The notes beneath the pieces are model-generated. The model saw only the letters and a list, made by a program, of their open reading frames with translations, was not told the DNA's origin and made no database searches. Both the position numbers and the translations under genes were made by a program. Below, piece by piece: positions 48,685 through 56,966 of a DNA stretch of 64,000 bases (its first letter is position 1; the number at the start of each line of letters is the position of its first letter). The stretch is from positions 5,379-69,378 of the forward strand of contig CAZEAU010000008.1 in assembly GCA_964510515.1 (NCBI GenBank). Reading direction: 5' to 3'. This stretch comes from an uncultured Actinomycetota bacterium (GTDB taxonomy: Bacteria; Actinomycetota; Geothermincolia; Geothermincolales; RBG-13-55-18).

Positions 48685-49944
48685 TCAATGGTCGCAGACA
48701 TTGTCGCCCAACTCCAGGGAACCGGCGACATATTCCTTCACCGCCCGCAGGGGCTCGATGGCCGGCGCGCCGCAGACCACCCTCACCCCGCTCTGGGCGA
48801 ATATCTGCTGGGCCCTCGCCCCCATGCCTCCGGCGATCACCGTCTTCACGCCCTTTTCCGCCAGCCAGCGCGGCAGCAGCCCGGGCTCGTGCGGCGGGGC
48901 GTTGCACACCTCCTTGACCGCCGGCTCTCCTCCGTCGACGGCCTGCACCAGGGTGAATTTCTCGCAGTGCCCGAAGTGCGCACACAACAGGCCATCCTGG
49001 GTGGGAACCGCGTATATCTCCATGCCTTCCTCCTCGCCTTCTTTCGCTCCTCCGGGGCTTTCGCCCGCGCCCGCCGCGGCGCTCTCCGTTTTTTCGCCGC
49101 CCGAGGTCAGGGCCACCACCCTGTCCACCATGCCGTCGAGTATGGGAGCCACTGCGGGCAGGTCGCGGTAATGGCCCTTCTTGGCCCCGCCGCGATCCGC
49201 CCAGGCCGCGAACTCCGCGTCCAGGGGAAGGGAGGCCAGCAGCTCCACCTGCATCTTCTCCGTCATCTCCGCGGCCCCGCCACTCCCGAAGATGTCCACG
49301 CTCTCCCCGCAGTGAGGGCAGACGAGGCCGCTCATGTTCTCCACCACCCCCAGCATGCGCATGCCGATGCGGCGGCAGAAAACGATGGACTTGCGCACGT
49401 CCGCTATGGCCAGTTCCTGGGGCGTGGTCACCACCAGCCCCCACGCATCCGGTATCAGCTGCGCCACGCTGAGCGGCTCGTCTCCGGTGCCGGGGGGGGA
49501 GTCTATGACCAGGTAATCGAGTTCGCCCCAGTGGATATCCTCCATGAACTGCCTGATGGCCGTCATCTTCAGGGGGCCCCTCCAGATGACCGCGCTGTCA
49601 TTATCTTCCATGAACAGTCCGATGGATATCACCTTGAGGTTGCCGGCCACGCTGAAGGGGAAGATCCCGCTCTCATCGCCGCTGACCCTCTCGCCCACCA
49701 GCCCGAATATCACCGGTATGCTGGGGCCGTGGAAATCCACGTCCATGACCCCCACCTTGTAGCCGCGCTCCGCCAGGCCCAGGGCCAGGGACGCCGCCAC
49801 CGAGCTCTTGCCCACCCCGCCTTTTCCGCTGAGCACCATGATTTTATTCTTAACACCCGCGAAATTCGGATGCTGCGACGGCTTCGCCTGTTCTCCACAG
49901 TCTCCTTTACAATCTCCTTTACATGCTGTCACTTTATCTCGCAT
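48685..49944 (-). CDS. Mrp/NBP35-family P-loop ATPase fused to NifX/NifB-like (Nitro_FeMo-Co) domain
   Basis: SGKGGVGKSS Walker A, CPHCG pair, then a C-terminal about 110-aa dinitrogenase FeMo-cofactor-binding-like fold (KTVIAGGMGARAQQIF). Confidence 0.85.
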   Translation of the reverse strand: MRDKVTACKGDCKGDCGEQAKPSQHPNFAGVKNKIMVLSGKGGVGKSSVAASLALGLAERGYKVGVMDVDFHGPSIPVIFGLVGERVSGDESGIFPFSVAGNLKVISIGLFMEDNDSAVIWRGPLKMTAIRQFMEDIHWGELDYLVIDSPPGTGDEPLSVAQLIPDAWGLVVTTPQELAIADVRKSIVFCRRIGMRMLGVVENMSGLVCPHCGESVDIFGSGGAAEMTEKMQVELLASLPLDAEFAAWADRGGAKKGHYRDLPAVAPILDGMVDRVVALTSGGEKTESAAAGAGESPGGAKEGEEEGMEIYAVPTQDGLLCAHFGHCEKFTLVQAVDGGEPAVKEVCNAPPHEPGLLPRWLAEKGVKTVIAGGMGARAQQIFAQSGVRVVCGAPAIEPLRAVKEYVAGSLELGDNVCDH

Positions 49945-49972
49945 CCCCTTTCCTTGTCGTTATTATCAACCC

Positions 49973-50383
49973 CTACTCGCCGTCCCCGCAGCGCTGGTCC
50001 CGCTTGGGCCGGCGGATGCGGTCCGGGTTCTCCTTGAGCTCGCCCTTTAAGTAACAGGCCAGCGCCTCCTGCGTCAATTCCTCGTCCGTGGCGATGGGGA
50101 GCACGTCCCTGCGCAGCATCCCCACGTAGGCATTCTCTCCCATGCCCCCGCAGATGACCACGCGCACGTCCGGGAGGAGCTTCTCCAGCAGCTCCCAGCA
50201 GCCCGCCTGGGTATCCTCCTCTCCCCTCGCACATTCCATGCGGTTCACCCGGAACTCTTCGTCGGTGACCTTGCCTTTCGTCACCGTATAGACGGCGAAA
50301 AGCGGCGCCGCGCCGAAATGGCATGCTATCACCTTGCCGTTCTCGGTGGCCACCGCGACCTTGTGCTCCTGGTGGAGGATCAT
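49973..50383 (-). CDS. NifX/NifB-like (dinitrogenase FeMo-cofactor biosynthesis domain) protein
   Basis: KVAVATENGKV .. HFG .. VVICGGMGENA pattern. Confidence 0.8.
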   Translation of the reverse strand: MILHQEHKVAVATENGKVIACHFGAAPLFAVYTVTKGKVTDEEFRVNRMECARGEEDTQAGCWELLEKLLPDVRVVICGGMGENAYVGMLRRDVLPIATDEELTQEALACYLKGELKENPDRIRRPKRDQRCGDGE

Positions 50384-50578
50384 CGCCTTCCCCTCCCAGC
50401 GCTCTTCAGCCTGCGCCATTTCGGCTCTACCCACAGGTAAACGCCAAGGAGCGCCGAGACGAGGCCGGAGTATATGTGCAGCTTTCTCAGAGTTTTTCTC
50501 CTCGGCATCATGCCTCTCATCCTCCAGCCCTCGAGGGGGTCTGCAGGGCGCCCCGACAGTTAATTATAGTCCTTATAT

Positions 50579-50696
50579 AGCATATGTCCAGTAACAAGAT
50601 CATGCTCCTCACGCTCGCATTTCATCATCTCATACACGATGCTTTACACATGGTTTACACTAGTATAATATATTTATGGGCATATGCCTAGTAATG
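50579..50696. promoter_or_regulatory. Divergent AT-rich promoter region with two 18-bp direct repeats around CATATG cores plus -35/-10-like boxes
   Basis: AGCATATGTCCAGTAACA (50579-50596) and GGCATATGCCTAGTAATG (50679-50696). TTTACA (50643) and TATAAT (50664) lie between them. About 40% GC. Confidence 0.4.
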
Positions 50697-50738
50697 AAGG
50701 CGCGGGGAGCGCCTGACGCGGATGTGGAGGTGAGACGG

Positions 50739-50921
50739 ATGGCATGGCTGGGAAGAGGACGCGGAAGCGGAAGGCCCGCGGGTGGCCGCGGTGCCGCCGG
50801 AACCGCTGTATGCCGCTGCCCCAAGTGCGGGCACAGCGAGCCGCACACCAGGGGCGTCCCTTGCTCCAGGAAGAGCTGCCCCAAGTGCGGAACGCGCATG
50901 GTGGGGGCGAACTGCGGTTGA
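50739..50921 (+). CDS. Small Gly/Arg-rich, Cys-rich protein (60 aa)
   Basis: ATG 8 nt after GGAGGTGA. MAWLGRGRGSGRPAGGRGAAG then CRCPKCGH .. CSRKSCPKCG, a two-CPKCG zinc-knuckle-like arrangement. Confidence 0.5.
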   Translation: MAWLGRGRGSGRPAGGRGAAGTAVCRCPKCGHSEPHTRGVPCSRKSCPKCGTRMVGANCG

Positions 50922-50983
50922 GAGAGCGCCGCGAGGCGCGGTCATGGCACAGGAGATTGACGCATTGAGGAGAGGAGAATGAC

Positions 50984-51532
50984 ATGAAGGTAGCCATATC
51001 ATCTACGGGACCCGACTTGACGGGCAACGTGGACCCCCGTTTCGGCCGCTGCGCCTACTTTATCTTCTACGACACCGATACGGGAAACTGGGAGGCGGTG
51101 CCCAACGCCAACCGTGACGCCGCCGGCGGGGCGGGCATCCGCACCGCCCAGTCCGTGGTGGAGAAGGGCGCGGAGGCCGTGCTCACGGGCAATATCGGCC
51201 CCAACGCCATGCAGGTGCTCTCGGGGCAGGTCAAGGTGTACACGGGCTTTTTCGGCACCATCGAGGAGGCTCTGCAGGCGCTGAAAACGGGCGGCCTCAC
51301 CGACACGACCTCGCCCACGGTCCAGGACCACGCCGGCCTGGGCGGCGGAGGCGCCGCCGGTCCCGGCACCGGCATGCCGGGCGGAGGCATGGGCATGGGC
51401 GGAGGCATGGGCATGGGCGGAGGCATGGGCATGGGCGGAGGCATGGGCCGCGGCATGGGCGGAGGCATGGGCCGCGGTGGAGGCCGCGGTGGAGGCCGCG
51501 GCAGGGGCGGTAGAGGTGGGGGGCGTTGGTAA
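50984..51532 (+). CDS. NifX/NifB-like domain protein with C-terminal Gly/Met/Arg low-complexity tail
   Basis: MKVAISSTG .. RFGRCAYFIFYD .. AVLTGNIGPNA core. Tail is (GGGMGM)n then (GRGG)n, encoded by a 21-bp DNA tandem repeat at 51383-51480. Confidence 0.8.
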   Translation: MKVAISSTGPDLTGNVDPRFGRCAYFIFYDTDTGNWEAVPNANRDAAGGAGIRTAQSVVEKGAEAVLTGNIGPNAMQVLSGQVKVYTGFFGTIEEALQALKTGGLTDTTSPTVQDHAGLGGGGAAGPGTGMPGGGMGMGGGMGMGGGMGMGGGMGRGMGGGMGRGGGRGGGRGRGGRGGGRW

Positions 51533-52386
51533 TCACAGTCGCCGCCGGCAAGGGCGGGACCGGCAAGACCCTGGTGGCGGTGAACCTGGCCCTTTCCCTG
51601 CACCGGGCGGGGGTGAAGACGCTGCTCGCGGACGCCGACGTGGAGGAGCCCAACGCTCACCTTTTCATCAGGCCCTCCATCACCAGCCGCGAGGACGTCA
51701 CCATAGCCATACCGCGCATCGACGAGGAGGTCTGCGACCGCTGCGGTGAATGCTCCTCCTTCTGCGCCTTCGGGGCGCTGGCCACCACGCCCGCGCGGGT
51801 CATCCTCTTCGACGACCTCTGCCACGGTTGCGGGGGATGCACGCTGGTATGCCCCCTCGGCGCCATCAGCGAGGAGCCGCGGCTCATCGGGGCCATCGAG
51901 CGGGGACGCAGCGCCGAGGGCCTGGACTTCATGCACGGGATCCTGGAGATAGGCGAGCCCATGGCCAGCCCCATTATCGCCGCCATCAAGGAGCGCCTGG
52001 ACCCCGCGGCCGTGAACATCGTCGATTGCGGGCCGGGAACGGGCTGCGCCGCCATGACCGCGGTGCAGGGCTCGGATGTGTGTATCATGGTCACCGAGCC
52101 CACCCCCTTCGGCCTGCACGACCTGCTCATGGCGGTGAAGATGGCCGAGACGCTCGGGGTGCCCTCGCTGGTGGTGGTGAACAAAGACGCGCCGGGCAAC
52201 ACCGAGGTGAGGGACTTCTGCGCCGAGCACGGCCTGGAGATAGCGCTCTCCATACCCTTCTCCATGGAGACGGCGCGGCTCACCTCGAGCGGCGTCAACC
52301 TGGTCGACAGCGAAAAGGACTGGCAGAGGACGTTCTATTCCCTCTACGAGAGGGTATCCCCCATGGTCTCCAGCGGAGGTGCCTGA
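51526..52386 (+). CDS. MinD/ParA-type P-loop ATPase with inserted 4Fe-4S ferredoxin domain (COG1149-like)
   Basis: AAGKGGTGKT deviant Walker A. CDRCGECSSFC and CHGCGGCTLVCP ferredoxin motifs. TTG start. Confidence 0.85.
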   Translation: MVITVAAGKGGTGKTLVAVNLALSLHRAGVKTLLADADVEEPNAHLFIRPSITSREDVTIAIPRIDEEVCDRCGECSSFCAFGALATTPARVILFDDLCHGCGGCTLVCPLGAISEEPRLIGAIERGRSAEGLDFMHGILEIGEPMASPIIAAIKERLDPAAVNIVDCGPGTGCAAMTAVQGSDVCIMVTEPTPFGLHDLLMAVKMAETLGVPSLVVVNKDAPGNTEVRDFCAEHGLEIALSIPFSMETARLTSSGVNLVDSEKDWQRTFYSLYERVSPMVSSGGA

Positions 52387-52387
52387 G

Positions 52388-53266
52388 ATGAAACAACTGG
52401 TCATCCTCAGCGGCAAGGGCGGGACGGGAAAGACCACGGTCACCGCCTCCCTGGCGCAGGCCTTAAAACCGGTGATGCTGGCCGACTGCGACGTGGAGGC
52501 GCCCAACCTGCACCTCCTGCTCTCCCTGAAAACGGAGAAGTCCTACGCCCTGCGGGTCTCGCGCAAGGCGAGGATAGACCCTGAGCTGTGCACCTCCTGC
52601 GGCCTCTGCGAGGAGCACTGCCGCTTTGGAGCCGTCGTCGCCTCCGACCCCTACAGCATCGACGTATTCAGCTGCGAGGGCTGCGGGGTCTGCGGCCACG
52701 TGTGCCCGGAGAAGGCCGTCGACTTCTTCGAGAGCGACGGGGCACAGGTCTATATCGGCACCACGCCCTACGGGCCCATGGTCGGGGCGGAGCTCGCCAT
52801 GGGCGAGGAAGCCTCGGGCAAGGTGGTGTCGCAGGTGCGGATGGAGGCCCAGGCGATGGCCCATGAGGCCGGGCTACCGCTCATCATCGTGGACGGCTCG
52901 CCGGGCACGGGATGCCCGGTGATCGCCTCCCTGAGCGGCGCGGACCTGGCCCTCATCGTCACCGAGCCCTCGCTTTCGGGCCTGCACGACCTGGAGAGGA
53001 TACTGCAGGTGGCGAAGCACTTCGGCATCCCCACCATGGTGTGCATCAACAAATGCGACATCGTGCCCGAGCTGGCGGACCGTATCAGGCGGAGATGCGG
53101 GGAGCTGGGCATAGAGGTTGCCGCGCAGATACCCTTCAGCGAAGAGGTGGTGGAGGCGCTGCGCGCCGGGCGTCCGCCCCTGGGAAACGTGCCGCAGCGG
53201 GTGGAGGAGCCCCTGCGGCGCCTGGCCGAAGCGGTCGTGGCGCACACGGCGGTAGCCGCCAATTGA
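52388..53266 (+). CDS. Second MinD-type ATPase with ferredoxin insert (paralog)
   Basis: SGKGGTGKTT. CTSCGLCEEHC and CEGCGVCGHVCP. ATG 52388 after AGCGGAGGTG. Confidence 0.85.
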   Translation: MKQLVILSGKGGTGKTTVTASLAQALKPVMLADCDVEAPNLHLLLSLKTEKSYALRVSRKARIDPELCTSCGLCEEHCRFGAVVASDPYSIDVFSCEGCGVCGHVCPEKAVDFFESDGAQVYIGTTPYGPMVGAELAMGEEASGKVVSQVRMEAQAMAHEAGLPLIIVDGSPGTGCPVIASLSGADLALIVTEPSLSGLHDLERILQVAKHFGIPTMVCINKCDIVPELADRIRRRCGELGIEVAAQIPFSEEVVEALRAGRPPLGNVPQRVEEPLRRLAEAVVAHTAVAAN

Positions 53267-53451
53267 GAAGCGCGGTCACGCGGGGCCGGAGGCGGGGCGG
53301 CGGAGGTGACAAATGCCCGCCGTTGCCATATAAAAGAGGCGAGGGAGGTGGGCTCTTGACCGCACCCGCCGATCCCGGGCCGCCGGGGGAGGCGCCCCGC
53401 ACGTAACGCCAGGGGCAGGAGGAGAACAGCGCGCATAAAGGAAGTGAGCAA

Positions 53452-53850
53452 TTGGCCAGGCCCGTCAAGCCCAAGCTGGTGGGGTGGGCGCCCCGCACGG
53501 ATTACTTCAAACCCAGGGGCATACCCCTTGCCCAGCTCGAGGAGGTCAGACTGAGCGTGGAGGAGCTGGAGTCCCTGCGCCTGGTGGACCTGGAGGGCAT
53601 GTATCAGGAGGACGCCGCCCGGGAGATGGGCGTCTCGCGCCAGACGGTGCAGCGCATGATCGCCGAGGCCCGGGCCAAGGTTATCGGAGCCCTGGTTACC
53701 GGCCGGGCCCTGCGCATCGAGGGGGGGAGCTACATCCTCCGCGAGGGCGCGGGCCAGTACCGCTGCGGCCGCTGCGGCGACGCCTTCCCCTTCCGCCAGG
53801 GGCGCAAGGGGCGGGGGTGGAAGTGCCCCACCTGCGATTCCGGCGAATGA
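53452..53850 (+). CDS. DUF134-family predicted DNA-binding protein with C-terminal zinc ribbon
   Basis: YFKPRGIPL .. VEELESLRLVDLEGMYQEDAAREMGVSRQTVQRMIAEARAKV sigma-70-region-4-like HTH. CGRCG..CPTC ribbon. TTG start. Confidence 0.75.
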   Translation: MARPVKPKLVGWAPRTDYFKPRGIPLAQLEEVRLSVEELESLRLVDLEGMYQEDAAREMGVSRQTVQRMIAEARAKVIGALVTGRALRIEGGSYILREGAGQYRCGRCGDAFPFRQGRKGRGWKCPTCDSGE

Positions 53851-54082
53851 CGGCGGGTGAGCCGCCCTGGCGGGATATCGCCCGCCGCCCCATAGTCATC
53901 ATGCGCTCCCCCCATACCCGCGGCCCGGGCACCCCCATGCGGCCCGAGGGGGCCGGGTGCGGTTCGCTGCTTGGCTTAACCTTGCCAAACCGCCCCTTGC
54001 GCACCCCGATATGCGGCAGAGCGACGGTGCTTCCCCGCCGCTTGAGGTATGGTATTAGAAAGCCCGGGGGAAAGGTGCGAGC

Positions 54083-54808
54083 ATGTTAGCGCAGAGCATA
54101 GTGTCCCAGGCCATGCGGGCGGGCGGGGGACTTCGCCTGCACGAAGCGGTGGTCGGCCTGGGTTTCACCCTGGTGAGCCTGGAGGGCGGCGCCTGCGGCC
54201 TCGCCTATACCCTGCGCGACGAGCTGGGGCGCGGCTGCGACGCTTTCACGCAAGCGGGGAGCCTGGTGGGCAGGGAGGCAGGAGAGGCCCTGGAATGGAT
54301 GGGGAGGGGCTCGGTCGTCGCCTCCGCCGTCGGCCTCGCCGTGGCCAACGCCCTGCTGCCGCCGCCCGCGGAGGCCTTGGCCACGGACCTCATGGATATG
54401 CTTTCCCTGCGGCCCGGGGAGCGCGTGGTCACGGTGGGGAGGTTCCGCCCCCTGGAGCCGAGGCTGAAAAAGAGGGGGGTGGCCCTGGAGGCCGTCGAGC
54501 GGGGAGACCCGCTGCAGCCCCTGCGGGGATGCGACGTGGCCCTCGTCACCGCCACCGCCATCATCAACGGAACCCTTGAGGACATCCTCCCCGCGACCGC
54601 GGGAGCCCGGGAGGTGGTCGTCCTCGGACCCAGCACCCCCTGCGCCCCCGCGGCTTTCGCCGGAACCGCCGTCACCCTCCTCGCCGGCTCGGCCGTGGCC
54701 GACCGGGAGCGGGCGCGGGCGGTGGTGCTCGAGGGCGGAGGCACGCAGACCCTGGGCAAGTCGCTGCACAGGTGGACGCTGCGCGTGAGCGAGGCGAGGC
54801 GGGGATGA
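54083..54808 (+). CDS. DUF4213/DUF364-type Rossmann-like protein (putative metal-chelation domain)
   Basis: GFTLVSLEGGACGLAYTL N-terminal block and the central glycine-rich fold typical of the family. Confidence 0.6.
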   Translation: MLAQSIVSQAMRAGGGLRLHEAVVGLGFTLVSLEGGACGLAYTLRDELGRGCDAFTQAGSLVGREAGEALEWMGRGSVVASAVGLAVANALLPPPAEALATDLMDMLSLRPGERVVTVGRFRPLEPRLKKRGVALEAVERGDPLQPLRGCDVALVTATAIINGTLEDILPATAGAREVVVLGPSTPCAPAAFAGTAVTLLAGSAVADRERARAVVLEGGGTQTLGKSLHRWTLRVSEARRG

Positions 54809-56007
54809 AAAGGACCGAGCGGGCGGCCGCCCTCTCCGTCGTCGTCACCACCCTCCTGGGCGGGGGCATGATCGCCGTCGCCGCTGTCTCGGGCAGCGTG
54901 TCCCTGGTCGCCGAGGGCATACACACCATGACCGACAGCGTCACCTCGCTGGCCCTCCTCATCGGCCTGCGCCTCTCCGAGCGCCACAGCGAGACCTTCC
55001 CCTTCGGCCTCTATAAGCTGGAGAACCTGGTGGCCACGGCCATCGGCGTCCTCATCCTGGTCGGCGCCTACGAGCTGGGCTCCGAGTCCATCCGCCATCT
55101 CGGCGAAGAGCCGCGCGCCCTGGAGCACGAATGGCTGATGATGGCGGTGATGGCGGTGAGCATACTCTGCATAGGAGCCCTGGCCTGGTACAAGAACAAG
55201 GTCGCCCGCGAGGAGAACTCCCCCGGGCTGCGGGCGGACGCGCGCCACTCCATGAGCGACCTCGCCGCGGCGGTGGCCGTGCTGGTGGGTATCGGCCTGC
55301 ACATGGCGGGCGTGCCCCGGGCGGACTCCGTCGCCGCCCTGGTGGTGGTGGCCTTCCTCGCCTGGGCGGGGATAAACGTCACCCTCAACGGGGTGAAGGT
55401 GCTCCTCGACGCCTCGGTGGAGAAGGAGGTGCTCTTCCAGGCGCGGGAGATAGCGCAGGCCCATCACGGGGTCAAGGAGGTCCTGCATGTGGAGGGGAGG
55501 AACTCGGGCAGCTACCGCTTCCTCAACCTCGTCCTCGTGCCCCGCAGCCGGAACCTGGACCTCGCCGACCACGTCGCCGAGGAGGTGCGGGACAGCATCT
55601 CCCGGGGCATCCCCAAGGTGGATCGGGTGAACATCAACCTGCGCACCGAGGCAAGGGAAAGCATGCGCGGCGCCGTCATGCTGGAGGCGGACGGCGCGAC
55701 CGTGTCCGGCCATTTCGGCGACGCCCCGGCCTTCGCCCTGCTCGACTTCTCCCTCCCTGGCGCGGGGACCGTCTCCCGGGAAATGCTGTTGAACCCCTTC
55801 ACCGACCTCTCCCGGGGCAAGGGGGTCAAGGTGGCGGAGTTCCTGGCCCAGCAGGGCGTGGACGTCGTGGTGGTCAAGGAGGACCTGGAGGGCAAGGGCT
55901 CCCATTACGCCCTGGAGGCGCACGGGGTGCTCGAGCTGTTCCGGCCGGAGCTGAAGAGCCTGGAGGACGCCGAGAGGGAGCTGGCCGACTTCGTGCGCGG
56001 CCATTAA
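54805..56007 (+). CDS. Cation-diffusion-facilitator transporter fused to C-terminal NifX/NifB-like domain
   Basis: 6 TM with HTMTDS and HSMSD metal-site motifs, a cytoplasmic CDF C-domain, then an about 100-aa NifX-like fold (HFGDAPAFALLDF .. GVDVVVV). Confidence 0.8.
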   Translation: MKRTERAAALSVVVTTLLGGGMIAVAAVSGSVSLVAEGIHTMTDSVTSLALLIGLRLSERHSETFPFGLYKLENLVATAIGVLILVGAYELGSESIRHLGEEPRALEHEWLMMAVMAVSILCIGALAWYKNKVAREENSPGLRADARHSMSDLAAAVAVLVGIGLHMAGVPRADSVAALVVVAFLAWAGINVTLNGVKVLLDASVEKEVLFQAREIAQAHHGVKEVLHVEGRNSGSYRFLNLVLVPRSRNLDLADHVAEEVRDSISRGIPKVDRVNINLRTEARESMRGAVMLEADGATVSGHFGDAPAFALLDFSLPGAGTVSREMLLNPFTDLSRGKGVKVAEFLAQQGVDVVVVKEDLEGKGSHYALEAHGVLELFRPELKSLEDAERELADFVRGH

Positions 56008-56044
56008 GCACCTCCCGCGGGGGCGCCAGTGATAGAATACCCCC

Positions 56045-56812
56045 ATGATGCATACATCACACCTGGAAGGCATGGCTTTCACCGCGGGGCGCTGGCCCCT
56101 GGACCCAGGCCTGCCCACCGCCGTCTTCATCCACGGCTCCGGGGGGGCGGGTGTGCTCTGGCACGCGCAGGCGCAAGAGCTGGCGGAGGAGATGAACACG
56201 CTGGCCCTCGACCTCCCGGGACATGGCGCGAGCGGCGGCGAGGGCATGGAGCGCGTGGAGGATTACGCCGCGCGCGTGGACGCCTTCATCGCCTCGCTGG
56301 GGGCGCCGCGCCCCATACCCTGCGGCCTGAGCATCGGCGGGGCCATCGTCCTGCAGCTGCTGCTGGACCACCCGGGCCGGTACGCGGCGGGCATCGTGGT
56401 CAACTCAGGCGCCAGGCTGCGGGTGCTGCCCATGATATTTGAGGCCGTGGAGAAGGATCCGCGGGCCTTTGCCGAGGCCGCCCCCGCCTTCAGCATCGCG
56501 GAGAAGACCGACCCCTCCGTCATCGCTCCCCTCCTGGAAGCGATGGCCGCATGCCCCCCCGAGGTCACCCTGGGCGACTTCCGCGCCTGCGACTCCTTCG
56601 ACGTCATGGAGAGGCTGGGCGAGATAGAGGCGCCCGTCCTCGTCCTCACCGCCGCGGAGGACAAGATGACCCCCGTCAAGTACGGCGCCTTTCTCGCGGA
56701 GCGCATCGCGCGCTCCACCCTGCTCAACATCGAGGGAGCCGGCCACCTCTCCCCCATGGAGAAGCCCCGCGAGGTGGGCGAGGCCATAGCGGAGTTCGTG
56801 CGCTCGCTGTGA
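56045..56812 (+). CDS. Alpha/beta hydrolase
   Basis: HGSGG oxyanion region, nucleophile elbow GLSIGG, C-terminal GAGH. Confidence 0.8.
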   Translation: MMHTSHLEGMAFTAGRWPLDPGLPTAVFIHGSGGAGVLWHAQAQELAEEMNTLALDLPGHGASGGEGMERVEDYAARVDAFIASLGAPRPIPCGLSIGGAIVLQLLLDHPGRYAAGIVVNSGARLRVLPMIFEAVEKDPRAFAEAAPAFSIAEKTDPSVIAPLLEAMAACPPEVTLGDFRACDSFDVMERLGEIEAPVLVLTAAEDKMTPVKYGAFLAERIARSTLLNIEGAGHLSPMEKPREVGEAIAEFVRSL

Positions 56813-56966
56813 GGCCCTCCCCGCACGGGAGAGGGACCACGCGTTCCCGCTCACCTATTCCCGGAAGGGTGCACCCGACTCCACGTGGGGAAAGGAGCCA
56901 CGCGGGCCACGCCGCCCACTCGTGTCATCCCCGGATGCTAGAATTATTCTAAAGGAGGCGGTCGGG

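Noticed and set aside
51373-51500. The 21-bp tandem repeat as a CRISPR array or non-coding minisatellite
   Set aside because: Repeats are contiguous with no spacers, and they lie in frame inside the NifX-like gene, encoding the Gly/Met-rich tail.
54205-56247. 680-aa minus-strand ORF
   Set aside because: Antisense of the DUF364 and CDF-NifX genes.
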